A stretch of DNA of 64,000 nt from an uncultured Candidatus Saccharibacteria bacterium. GTDB lineage: Bacteria; Patescibacteriota; Minisyncoccia; Phycocordibacterales; UBA1006. The DNA lies in NCBI GenBank assembly GCA_964601935.1, contig CAZROP010000004.1, positions 6,493 through 70,492 of the forward strand, written 5' to 3'. Under the pieces are notes generated by a model. The model searched no databases. It saw nothing but the letters and a program-made list of their open reading frames with translations, and was not told the origin of the DNA. Shown here in pieces: positions 48,680 through 58,087 of this stretch. The number at the start of each line of letters is the position of its first letter. The stretch's first letter is position 1. The position numbers and the translations under genes are program-made.

Positions 48680-49699
48680 CTACTTCGCCAACAGTGACCG
48701 ACGATACACATCAATATGCTCCAACGCCATGCCGGTGCCTTTTACCACACAGTACAGTGCATCATCGGATAATGTCGCACGCACACCCAATCGAGCAAAT
48801 ATCAGATCAGGCAAATAACGCAACTGCGAAGTTCCTCCAGTTAGAATAATCCCATTATCAATCAAATCACTAGCGAGTTCTGGTTTAGTATCATGCATCA
48901 CATCACGTATCGCCTGTATCATCGTCCCCAGCTCGCGTTCGATCGCATAGACCACCTCGTTGGTAGACATTTTGACCTGTTTGGGTAACCCGCTGACGTA
49001 GTCACTCCCCTTTATCAAAATTTCTAATTCATTTTCAGGAGACTGACGCATGGCGCCGCCGATTTTGATCTTTATTTTCTCTGCGGTTCGCTCGCCTATT
49101 GCCAGGCTATGGGTTTGGCGAACGTAATCCACGATTGCCTGGTCGATTTTGTTGCCTGCGCACTTTACTGACTTTGCGGTTACGATAGAACCCAACGAGA
49201 TCACAGCAACATCGGTTGTACCACCTCCAATATCGACGATCATGTGCCCCGTCGGCTCGTAAATAGGGATACCTGCACCGATTGCCGCCAGGATGGGCTC
49301 CTTTGCTGGAATAACATCACGTGCACCCGCACGTAACCCTGCATCCACTACAATACGACGCTCTGCAGAGGTAATACCCGCTGGAACTGATACTACTATC
49401 TCTGGCTTCAGCAGATTCCATGGGCCCAGAGCCTTTTGGATAAAATGTCGTAACATAGCCTCGGTCACACGATAGTCAGCAATAACCCCATCGCGCATAG
49501 GACGATAGGCAATAATATTGTCAGGAGTCTTTCCTATCATTTCCTTGGCATCAATACCGATAGCCACGACCTGTTTCGTATCAACTGACACCGCAACTAC
49601 CGATGGTTCGTTGATAACGATACCTTTGCCAGGAATGTATACCAAAATATTTGCCGTCCCCAGATCAATTCCAATTTTTGGTGCAGAAAACCATCCCAT
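48680..49699 (-). CDS. mreB: rod shape-determining protein MreB
   Basis: IGIDLGTANILVY, VVDIGGGTTDVAVISLG actin-fold motifs. Confidence 0.9.
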   Translation of the reverse strand: MGWFSAPKIGIDLGTANILVYIPGKGIVINEPSVVAVSVDTKQVVAIGIDAKEMIGKTPDNIIAYRPMRDGVIADYRVTEAMLRHFIQKALGPWNLLKPEIVVSVPAGITSAERRIVVDAGLRAGARDVIPAKEPILAAIGAGIPIYEPTGHMIVDIGGGTTDVAVISLGSIVTAKSVKCAGNKIDQAIVDYVRQTHSLAIGERTAEKIKIKIGGAMRQSPENELEILIKGSDYVSGLPKQVKMSTNEVVYAIERELGTMIQAIRDVMHDTKPELASDLIDNGIILTGGTSQLRYLPDLIFARLGVRATLSDDALYCVVKGTGMALEHIDVYRRSLLAK

Positions 49700-49739
49700 A
49701 GATGGGAACAGTATACGCTAGTTTACAATAATGAGCAAA

Positions 49740-50370
49740 ATCAGGAATTAAAAAAGCCGCTAACTCCTATGCATTGATCTTCGGTGAGAAGAGATATCAA
49801 TGACATAGTAGCTAACGACCTTTCCCCTCTCGGGGTGCAGTACATCGGTGTACCTGGTTGCCCGAAGGCTGACGGTCTTACAATCCGTGCCTTGGAAACG
49901 TAATTGAACAATCCGCCCCTGCGCCGCGGCTGCAGGCGGACGGTGTGCATATCGTTTCGGCCGACGTCGTACCGTCGCGGGCTGCCGAAACAAATAAACC
50001 AGGTTGCAAAACGATACCCTCCCTAACAACCTCAACTTTGTTGCTCTCATAAACTAACAAGCAACCAACTATAGTTGTTATAGGGTTGAAGGACAACAGA
50101 GATCCAACAACCCAAGGCAGGGCGAGCCCATAAAGAGCTCTAACAACTGATGATTCCATCAAAGAATACTCCATCGCAATGCAGTACTTTTTGATGAAAT
50201 CAGTCAGTGCTTATTTCTATATTTCCGAATTGACTCATAACTATACTGATGTTTAGGCGGATTGCAAGGGGTTGTGTGGACCGGGAGAGAAAGCTCTGGG
50301 CGCCGGCGATCACATACTGGCGTAGTACACCCAGACTATCTCGCCGGCGCCATGATATACTCAGCACATT
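49740..50370. other. GC-rich ORF-free intergenic region with multiple stable hairpins; candidate structured ncRNA or regulatory leader
   Basis: No ORF with homology; palindromes such as ccgcgacggtacgacgtcggccgaaacg, gccgcggcgcaggggcgg, and 12-bp stem GGCGCCGGCGAT...ATCTCGCCGGCGCC at 50298-50350. Confidence 0.35.
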
Positions 50371-51918
50371 ATGTTCGTTATAGAAGTAGTTTCGGTATCG
50401 CGTGCCATGCCCTTTCCTACGCTACTGTATACATCACCGACCGCCTACACTGTCGGGGACTATGTGCGAGTACCCTTTCAGGAATCCACCATCACAGCGC
50501 TCGTAATCGCTATTCACGACCTGGCGACTGTACGCAGCGTCATTCGAACATTGCCCTACAAAATACGTGGTGATGTGTCGATGATTACTACCCAACTAAT
50601 TCCCGCGCCAATCATGCGCACCCTTTTGGATTACTCTCGCACTCACGAGATCCATGTGCAGTCATTTCTCTCTCAGCTGTTTGTAGATGAAGCACCTATC
50701 TTTACAACACTACAAACAGAACACTGTACAGTTTCAGGATTCACAGGATCTATGGCTGCACGCGCACATAACTACCAACAGCGAATTGAGCAACATTCTC
50801 CCACATTACTTGTAAGCCCCGATATACGGTATGCGCGCGCGTTATACAGCCATCTGTCGGCCGTACAGATGATTACTACACTGCCCCAGCTACATAAAAC
50901 CCCTTTCACAGAGGGCATCTCTATCACTACCGTGAATATGCTACCTCGTATTCTCCAGCGTATTACCCAAGGACCCGCACAACCAGTTATTATATTTGAT
51001 AGTATTTTGGCACCTCAGTACCATGTACGTGATCGTACCGGGGACTTTTTCGGTCGCGCGCAATTATTTATTAACTTCTGCACATGGATGGGTGTTCCTG
51101 TTATAGTTGGAGATGAGCTACTACCATTTGGCGACTACGAACTATTATGGAACAATTCTACACCACTCATTATCCCTGCTCCGGATATTGCCAGTCTCGC
51201 AGTACAGACCAAACACAAACGATCTCGTACCCTGGAACAGTATCATTTGCAAAAGCTCGCAGAATACGCACATAAGGGCAAACGTATCCTGATATACAGC
51301 AACCAGCGTGACCTATTCGGCTATGTATCCTGTCCCAAATGTTCGTATATAGAGCGATGTGCTACCTGTAATTCAATACTGCGACTGGGCATGACGAACT
51401 CTCGACATGTGCTCCAGTGTACAACATGTAATACGAACACACCTGCGCATGATATTTGTACAGGCTGCGGTGGCATTACCCTGGAGTTACGCCGGCGCGG
51501 TGTCGATGGGTATGTACAGGTATTGTCAGAATTATCTTCTGATATTCCTCTCTATGCCCTCAACAGAGATACCAAAAAGGTCCAACACCTGTTCCAGGAA
51601 TGGCAGTCCACTGGTGGAGTCCTCGTGGCAACCAGTAGTATATTTGACCATCCTGCTATCGCTGCCGATATAACATACATTGCGCCTCATTCATGGACCC
51701 GCATCAATGACACACCAGAACAAACATTGTGGGAGTATTTATGGCTTGCAAACCGTTCCCAGAGCACGCTATCTCTCCCCATAACCCGAGAAATCCTCAC
51801 CCAGTCAGCCAATACAGATACGATTGATATCACTGCACGCGCACGCCACGAATGGCAGTCCGCACAGGCTCTCGGGGTCCAGATTCCTTGCACTCTATGG
51901 CGGGATATGGTAGATTAA
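50371..51918 (+). CDS. primosomal protein N-prime (PriA)-like protein with degenerate helicase motifs
   Basis: N-terminal 3-prime-binding domain pattern (GDYVRVPF...ITALVIAIHD) and C-terminal Cys4-Cys4 zinc-binding region (CPKCSYIERCATCNS...CTTCN...CTGCGG); Walker A replaced by GFTGSMAA, DEEH box by FDSIL. Confidence 0.55.
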   Translation: MFVIEVVSVSRAMPFPTLLYTSPTAYTVGDYVRVPFQESTITALVIAIHDLATVRSVIRTLPYKIRGDVSMITTQLIPAPIMRTLLDYSRTHEIHVQSFLSQLFVDEAPIFTTLQTEHCTVSGFTGSMAARAHNYQQRIEQHSPTLLVSPDIRYARALYSHLSAVQMITTLPQLHKTPFTEGISITTVNMLPRILQRITQGPAQPVIIFDSILAPQYHVRDRTGDFFGRAQLFINFCTWMGVPVIVGDELLPFGDYELLWNNSTPLIIPAPDIASLAVQTKHKRSRTLEQYHLQKLAEYAHKGKRILIYSNQRDLFGYVSCPKCSYIERCATCNSILRLGMTNSRHVLQCTTCNTNTPAHDICTGCGGITLELRRRGVDGYVQVLSELSSDIPLYALNRDTKKVQHLFQEWQSTGGVLVATSSIFDHPAIAADITYIAPHSWTRINDTPEQTLWEYLWLANRSQSTLSLPITREILTQSANTDTIDITARARHEWQSAQALGVQIPCTLWRDMVD

Positions 51919-51926
51919 TCCCTGAT

Positions 51927-52223
51927 ATGATTCATATACACGTAGCAGCTAATGCTAATGAAAACAGTACCAATCTCATTCGCCGTTTCACCAAACAAGT
52001 CCGCGGATCCGGAATCGTTATGGCAGTAAAGGGACGCCGCTACTATAGCCGCGATAATTCTACCTACAAAGCTCGCCAAAAGGCACTGCGCCGCATCGAC
52101 AATATCAAAAAGTACGAACATATGGCAAAAATGGGCAAGCTTCCAGAACGCCCTATGCGCGGAGGATACTCGAGCCCAAGCTCAAACACTTCTACTACTA
52201 ACAACAATGAGAAGAAAGACTAG
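51927..52223 (+). CDS. rpsU: 30S ribosomal protein S21
   Basis: LIRRFTKQVRGSGIV...YYSR...KARQKALRR matches S21; start placed at MIHIHV. Confidence 0.55.
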   Translation: MIHIHVAANANENSTNLIRRFTKQVRGSGIVMAVKGRRYYSRDNSTYKARQKALRRIDNIKKYEHMAKMGKLPERPMRGGYSSPSSNTSTTNNNEKKD

Positions 52224-52308
52224 CCCTCAGCCTGATACCCAACCAAAGACCTCTTCTACCAGAGGTCTTTGTTCTGTGATACGGTCCGGTACCCAGGGTC
52301 GCATCCCT

Positions 52309-52650
52309 ATGTTGCCTTATAACGATATCAAAGATGCAATACTCGGAACAGCCTACAACCTCACCATTGCATACGTGAACGCTGAACGATCAGCAGAATT
52401 ACACGTTCAATGGAAACACGCTCCTGGACCTGCCAATATTCTTTCTTTTCCCTACTCAGAGAATGAGGGAGAGATTGTTCTTCACCTACCTACCGTGTAT
52501 GCGCGCGCAGCCGATTTCGATCATAGCCCTAAACAACATTTGTTATTTCTCGTCATCCACGGATGCTTGCACCTCGCGGGCTACGTCCACGGATCACAGA
52601 TGGATCAGCAGGAACGACACTTCATGAATATGTTTGATACGGGTTACTAA
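52309..52650 (+). CDS. ybeY: rRNA maturation endoribonuclease YbeY
   Basis: HGCLHLAGYVH zinc-binding motif; start placed at MLPYND. Confidence 0.6.
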   Translation: MLPYNDIKDAILGTAYNLTIAYVNAERSAELHVQWKHAPGPANILSFPYSENEGEIVLHLPTVYARAADFDHSPKQHLLFLVIHGCLHLAGYVHGSQMDQQERHFMNMFDTGY

Positions 52651-52866
52651 AAGATCCTGCTTATCTCAAACTTTGTCTTCTAAAATCCTGCAAAACTCGG
52701 CTATACCTCAAACAGTTTCGGACTTTTTCATACAAGATTTGAGATAAGGAAATATTCAGGCATTTATGATGATCCACAAAGTACTTTTGAATCCTTACTA
52801 TAATAATTTTGCACAACCTCATCCTCGAAAAAGCCGCCATATCTGATACGATGGGTAGGAACACAT

Positions 52867-54078
52867 ATGAGTACCCAACGACCTCACATTGCTGCTATCG
52901 ATTTTGATTCTCAGGGTGTCTACGTTGCAGTAGGTACACGCGATACCACATCATTGGCACAGCCACTCTTGCGAGCTGATGCTTATCCTAATGACTCCAT
53001 ACGTCGTGGCACCGTCATGGAGTCCCAAGGACTCACAACTACTGTGGGTCAGGTACTGCGCACACTCGAAGGGACCTATCAATATACTCTTCCTATATTC
53101 GTCGGCGTGCACCCATCCAGCATGAAATCGCGTCGTGTGACAGTATCTATACAGTTAACACCTAATAATACTGTACGCCCTATTACAGAATCGGACTGCG
53201 ACATGCTAGAGAAAAAAACCCAGGCATTAGTAACCAACGAAAATCCAAATACCTATATACTCAGCATACTTCCACGCCAGTACACGATCGATGCGACACG
53301 TCTCCAGGTTGGAGGGAGTGCGCCTGTTGGATATCAGGCAATGAAATTATCCTGTGAGTTTTTAGTCATCACCTGTCTGTCGCAGGATGTTACCGACTAT
53401 GTAGACACGTTCGAGAATTTCAACACCCATGTATACGATGTAATGGCAACACCATTAACCGCGTCATTCCTCGTAACCGAACCACGCAACCGCATGTTCG
53501 GCTGTGGAGTCCTCTATGTTTCATCCGAAGTTACCTCTTTTATCCTCTTCGAAGACGGCGTTCCTGCTATTACCTCTACATTTCCTATCGGAGTGAACGA
53601 CATCGTTGCGGACGTAGCTGCTGGGTTACAGATGGATCCTGACAAAGCCCGTGCACTCCTGTCGGACCACAATCGCCTGAACGAAGAAACCCCCGCTATT
53701 CGTAAACGTTTCCAGGAGATCGTATCTGCACGTTATATGGATTTTGTTGAAATTACCGAAAAAGCACTCACATCTACAGGACAACCCGTGACTATCCCGG
53801 CTGGTATTACCCTAGTCACCACCAATATCCAGCTCCCTAGTATGGCAGAGGCTCTGAAACTAGGGCTAAAGGTCCTAGTAAAGCTCTGGGAAGGTGATAT
53901 TCCGTCCGTACATTCCAAAAAACGTTCACGAGATATCAGTATTATAGGCGCTTATAGCATTATTTGTTTCGCAGGATCAGCGCGCCGTCCCATCAACAAT
54001 ACCCGCCAGGCGGTACGACGTATCTGGGACAGTATAAAAACAGGAATTACCGCCACTATTAGACGGTTTTTGTCATAA
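52867..54078 (+). CDS. ftsA: cell division protein FtsA-like (actin fold) with divergent ATP-binding motifs
   Basis: Length and alignment to FtsA (IAAIDFDSQGV..., VGVNDIVADVA, GITLVTTNIQLPSMAEAL) immediately upstream of ftsZ; phosphate-1/2 motifs (EIGT, DIGGGT) replaced by IDFDS and LYVSSEVT. Confidence 0.55.
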   Translation: MSTQRPHIAAIDFDSQGVYVAVGTRDTTSLAQPLLRADAYPNDSIRRGTVMESQGLTTTVGQVLRTLEGTYQYTLPIFVGVHPSSMKSRRVTVSIQLTPNNTVRPITESDCDMLEKKTQALVTNENPNTYILSILPRQYTIDATRLQVGGSAPVGYQAMKLSCEFLVITCLSQDVTDYVDTFENFNTHVYDVMATPLTASFLVTEPRNRMFGCGVLYVSSEVTSFILFEDGVPAITSTFPIGVNDIVADVAAGLQMDPDKARALLSDHNRLNEETPAIRKRFQEIVSARYMDFVEITEKALTSTGQPVTIPAGITLVTTNIQLPSMAEALKLGLKVLVKLWEGDIPSVHSKKRSRDISIIGAYSIICFAGSARRPINNTRQAVRRIWDSIKTGITATIRRFLS

Positions 54079-54164
54079 CTATCCACCGCCGGGGTTATGA
54101 AGCTGAACCCCCTCATGATATACTAACTCTGTTATCCGTTAATCCTTTTTTCAGAATTACCTGT

Positions 54165-55556
54165 ATGCCGCAAATTCGTCCCAGTGTAGAAACTTTTGCT
54201 AGAATAAAGGTCATTGGCGTTGGAGGCTCCGGTCAAAACGCTGTAGACCACATGATTGATGCCAATATTAATGGTATTGATTATGTATGTGTGAATACTG
54301 ATACTCAGCATCTCGACCGATCTCGAGCCACAAAGAAAATTCATATAGGAAAGAATCTCACAAAGGGTGTAGGCTCTGGCATGAATCCTGATATAGGAAA
54401 AGAATCTGCTGAAGAAACTCGAGCAGATATTCAGGAATCTCTCAAAGACGCCGATATGGTATTCGTTGCCTGTGGCATGGGCGGAGGCACTGGGACAGGC
54501 GCATCCCCCGTTATTGCACGCATGGCACGCGAACAGGGTATTCTCACCATCGGTGTCGTCACACGACCATTCTCATTCGAAGGCGAACGACGCACCGAAA
54601 TAGCCCACCAAGGTATCGAGGCCCTACAACAAGAAGTCGACGCATTGATTGTTATTTCTAATGACCGCCTTCTGGCGGTTAACGACCGCAATGCTAGTTT
54701 CCGTGAAGCGTTTGCAATGTGTGATGATGTGTTATTACAGGCAGTAAAGAGTATTGCAGATATAATTAGCGAGCGACAGACCATCAACATAGATTTTGCT
54801 GACGTTCGTGCGGTACTGTCACAGGCAGGATCTGCATATGTAGGGATCGGGCTAGCCACCGGTGACGATCGCGCAGCAGAGGCTGCAAATATGGCTATTA
54901 ACTCTCCGTTGTTGGATGTTTCTATTTCAGGAGCAAAGGGAGTGCTGTTGTCTATTGCGACAAATCCAGATGACCTGAAATTGTTTGAGGTAGATGCTGT
55001 AGCCCGCATAGTTCGTGAATCTATTGATCCACATGCACGATTTATATTTGGCCCCGTAGAAGACGAGAAGATGAAAAAGGGTGATCTCAAAGTAGTAGTT
55101 GTCGCAACAGGCTTTGACGTGAAGCTATCACATCATCATGCATCGCGTAGCCAACCGATACAAACACAACCTATAGCGCCTCAATCTATTCCCATAACTA
55201 TTACACCTGACACACGAAAGGTGGAACCAGAATTGCTATCCAATTCTCCTGAACCAACTCAGCCTACTGCGAACTCTCAGCCAGTACTGAATACCAGTCG
55301 TTTTACACCAGAATTGATTGCACCACAACCCCTGGAACCACGATTCCAGCCGAAAAATGTAGAACCTACACCTCCTACCAACCTACAATCTGACAAGGCT
55401 CCTTTTGCCAGCACAATGCCCGAACAACCCATGATGTCTACATTCCAGCCAGAACAACTACCTGATACTCCAAAACCTCTGGAGGTACTGGATGACAACG
55501 CCCCTGATGATGACTGGAACACAAAATTCCCTGCGTTTATAAGGAGGAATAAATAG
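54165..55556 (+). CDS. ftsZ: cell division GTPase FtsZ
   Basis: GVGGSGQNAV, tubulin signature GMGGGTGTGASPVIA, T7 loop NDRLL; Pro/Gln-rich C-terminal linker. Confidence 0.9.
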   Translation: MPQIRPSVETFARIKVIGVGGSGQNAVDHMIDANINGIDYVCVNTDTQHLDRSRATKKIHIGKNLTKGVGSGMNPDIGKESAEETRADIQESLKDADMVFVACGMGGGTGTGASPVIARMAREQGILTIGVVTRPFSFEGERRTEIAHQGIEALQQEVDALIVISNDRLLAVNDRNASFREAFAMCDDVLLQAVKSIADIISERQTINIDFADVRAVLSQAGSAYVGIGLATGDDRAAEAANMAINSPLLDVSISGAKGVLLSIATNPDDLKLFEVDAVARIVRESIDPHARFIFGPVEDEKMKKGDLKVVVVATGFDVKLSHHHASRSQPIQTQPIAPQSIPITITPDTRKVEPELLSNSPEPTQPTANSQPVLNTSRFTPELIAPQPLEPRFQPKNVEPTPPTNLQSDKAPFASTMPEQPMMSTFQPEQLPDTPKPLEVLDDNAPDDDWNTKFPAFIRRNK

Positions 55557-55603
55557 TTTGAGAAGACTTTTAAATATATCTGACTATGGTATATTTAAAG
55601 CTC

Positions 55604-55676
55604 GGACGGTTAGCTCAGTTGGTAGAGCATCCCCTTGACGTGGGGAGGGTCAGAGGTTCGAATCCTCTATCGTCCA
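55604..55676 (+). tRNA. tRNA-Val (anticodon GAC)
   Basis: GGACGGTTAGCTCAGTTGGTAGAGCATCCCCTTGACGTGGGGAGGGTCAGAGGTTCGAATCCTCTATCGTCCA cloverleaf; anticodon loop TTGACGT. Confidence 0.85.
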
Positions 55677-55701
55677 CCTTTTTAGTCAAATAAAATAATT
55701 A

Positions 55702-56199
55702 TTAATTACCCAAAATAGCTGTGTCTGTATAAGCAGAAGCTGTTAGATTATCAGGGTTATCTTTAATATTCAGTATAGCCGTTTTATTTGTTAGATTAAT
55801 TGTTAAGTCAAAAACCCTACCAGTACCAACAAGCTCTGCCCTTAAATAACTATCTGTCCAGTCCTTGATTTGATAAACAAAGTTATGTGTATAAAAACCG
55901 TACTTTCCTGAACCTGAATCAAGTTGAGTTACAACACCCCTTGTTTCAGTGCATACTTGTAGCTGTTTATCGCAATCCACAGAAGACGTATTGACCTCTT
56001 TTTCTCTAAAGAAATTATTTTCACTACTATTTTGTGGCAACCATGTCCCGTCCAGAGTTACGTACTCTCCACTAACAATAATATTTTTTGGAGGCAAGAA
56101 AACAATATCTTTTATATCTACTGGTTTTATGCTATTAAAAGCCAAACCCCCCGTGATGAAACTCAAGAGAATAATTAGAACTGATTTTATTTTGCTCAT
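55702..56199 (-). CDS. hypothetical secreted protein
   Basis: Signal peptide MSKIKSVLIILLSFITGGLA, 165 aa. Confidence 0.35.
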   Translation of the reverse strand: MSKIKSVLIILLSFITGGLAFNSIKPVDIKDIVFLPPKNIIVSGEYVTLDGTWLPQNSSENNFFREKEVNTSSVDCDKQLQVCTETRGVVTQLDSGSGKYGFYTHNFVYQIKDWTDSYLRAELVGTGRVFDLTINLTNKTAILNIKDNPDNLTASAYTDTAILGN

Positions 56200-56219
56200 A
56201 AAAAGATTTGTAGATACTA

Positions 56220-56768
56220 TTATATCGTCATAATCGCCTCTTCTTTCTGTCCGTAGATTACGTCCAATGCATGGTTGGCATCGTCTACCATTTTCTGAAT
56301 TTCGGACTTGTATCCACGTGATTCATCTTCGTTAATTTCTTTCGCCTTTAATGCCTTATCTATTACATCATTTGCTTCTTGACGCACCTTTCGAACACGA
56401 ACGCGTGCTTCTTCGTGCAAACCACCTGCATGTTTCAGAATCTTTTTGCGGGTTTCCTCCGTCATCTGTGGCACGATAACACGTAATCCTGCAGAGTCGG
56501 TAACCACGCTGAATGGCATTCCGGCTTCACGGATAGCAGATTCTATAGACTTTGTATGCTCCTTGTCCCATGGACTCACACGCAATGTACGCGGATCCTC
56601 GAGGGTTACGCTCGCAATACTCGCAATAGGAGTCTGTGGGTTACCGTAGGCCTCTACACGCAGAGTATCCAGCATAGCGGGATTCGCCTGGCCAGCAGTT
56701 ACTGACAGGTATTCGTTGCGCAACCAGTCGACAGATTCTTTGAACAAAGCATTGTATTGTGCAGTCAT
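56220..56768 (-). CDS. frr: ribosome recycling factor
   Basis: Strong match to RRF across length (LDTLRVEAYG...RVRVRKVRQEANDVIDK); start trimmed to ATG 56768. Confidence 0.85.
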   Translation of the reverse strand: MTAQYNALFKESVDWLRNEYLSVTAGQANPAMLDTLRVEAYGNPQTPIASIASVTLEDPRTLRVSPWDKEHTKSIESAIREAGMPFSVVTDSAGLRVIVPQMTEETRKKILKHAGGLHEEARVRVRKVRQEANDVIDKALKAKEINEDESRGYKSEIQKMVDDANHALDVIYGQKEEAIMTI

Positions 56769-56802
56769 AGTATAGAGGTAGTATATCAGAAGTTTTGGGA
56801 AA

Positions 56803-56830
56803 GAAAAACCGCCCCGAGCGGGGCGGTTTT
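56803..56830 (-). terminator. Rho-independent terminator
   Basis: aaaccgccccgagcggggcggtttt hairpin with flanking T-run on minus strand. Confidence 0.65.
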
Positions 56831-56865
56831 GTGCGACTCTGGTCCTGTCGCACGAGTTCATAAAT

Positions 56866-58014
56866 CTATTCAGTGTATCCAGTATAGTCACTCATGAACA
56901 GCTGCGCAACTGTTTCGGCGGTGGCCTTACCACTAGCATTGGCGATCTTGTGCTGTGCCTGGAAACGGCGTAATGCCTTTCTAAATCCTGACGTATCTTT
57001 TAGCTTGCGAGAAATGACGCCCTCGGCACGCAATGTCTCCATCACCATCTGCTGACCCCTATCGCTACCCCCAATCATCGCCATATTTATACTACTTGGA
57101 TTGATGTTATTGGATTTCAGTATATCGTTAACTTTTTTAAACGTTTCGCGATTCAGATCAAACGCAACACGAAGTTTGGGCTGGGGTCGAGCAAGAGCCA
57201 ATCCAGATACTAATGTCTTTTGACTCTGCGCACTTGCAACAGACAACTGTTCATCACCATACAATATTACATCAACAGACTCGACGCCGCTCCCCACGCG
57301 GTACAGACCGTCGATAATACGATTGATACCCAGATGCAGTGAACAATTGGTCGGCCCCTGAAAATCACTCTGGCCAGCCAATGCGTAAAGATACGGAGAA
57401 TTCACCTCACGCTCTGATGCAGTATCACCGACTATTTCCATACGAACATACTCATTGCGGGCAACTATACGAACGGTTTTATTTGCAAAATCCAATTTTC
57501 CTTGGGCGAACAGTTGTCGATGATCGTCCAGTGCGCTCTGGGTGTGATCATTCCCCCACACGGACCAACTGGAGAGGGTCCCTGTATTATTCGAATTCAG
57601 GTGCATTTCAGCATCCCTACTCTGCCCCGTAGATGTATTAGTAGATTGCCAGAGCTGGTCTATTGTTCCATCACCCCAGTCCCCCGCCCAACCGTTATTA
57701 GTGGGAGAATCTCCTACATTGAACAACCAACCTCGTGGTTGTGCTCCTATATGGACCAAAAATTCCGCCTGTGTTATATACAATCTATCGATCTCACGAC
57801 ATAGAGTAATATTCGCACGCGCACGACTATCCTGCTGCTCTACAACCTGAACATAGTCGCTACAGGTAGTAGTGCCGTTCTTTGTATCAATAGTACAACG
57901 ATACACCGGCACAGGGTCACTACTTGGTGGAATTTGCGCCCATAGTGTACCTGGTGCAGATAGTATAATTACACACAGTAGCGAACCTGCAGCTTGTAAG
58001 GAAAATGTATTCAT
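56866..58014 (-). CDS. secreted SpoIID/LytB-like protein
   Basis: Signal MNTFSLQAAGSLLCVIILSAPGTLWAQ (start trimmed to 58014); C-terminal region with SpoIID-like G.G.GM.Q pattern (IGGSDRGQQMVMETL); weak. Confidence 0.35.
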   Translation of the reverse strand: MNTFSLQAAGSLLCVIILSAPGTLWAQIPPSSDPVPVYRCTIDTKNGTTTCSDYVQVVEQQDSRARANITLCREIDRLYITQAEFLVHIGAQPRGWLFNVGDSPTNNGWAGDWGDGTIDQLWQSTNTSTGQSRDAEMHLNSNNTGTLSSWSVWGNDHTQSALDDHRQLFAQGKLDFANKTVRIVARNEYVRMEIVGDTASEREVNSPYLYALAGQSDFQGPTNCSLHLGINRIIDGLYRVGSGVESVDVILYGDEQLSVASAQSQKTLVSGLALARPQPKLRVAFDLNRETFKKVNDILKSNNINPSSINMAMIGGSDRGQQMVMETLRAEGVISRKLKDTSGFRKALRRFQAQHKIANASGKATAETVAQLFMSDYTGYTE

Positions 58015-58087
58015 AGATACACATAGTATATCATCCGTCAACACAAAACACCGGATTGATCCGGTGTTTCTGTGTATATCAGAGTAA

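Noticed and set aside
49741-50174. Three overlapping minus-strand ORFs (69, 96, 98 aa)
   Set aside because: Mutually overlapping in different frames inside a GC-rich hairpin-dense region; more consistent with structured RNA/regulatory DNA.
49740-50370. RNase P RNA, tmRNA or SRP RNA identity for the GC-rich region
   Set aside because: Could not locate P4 (GGAAAGUCCGG/ACAGAAUCCGGCUUA), tmRNA T-loop/CCA end, or SRP GGAA tetraloop helix on either strand by eye; left as unclassified candidate.
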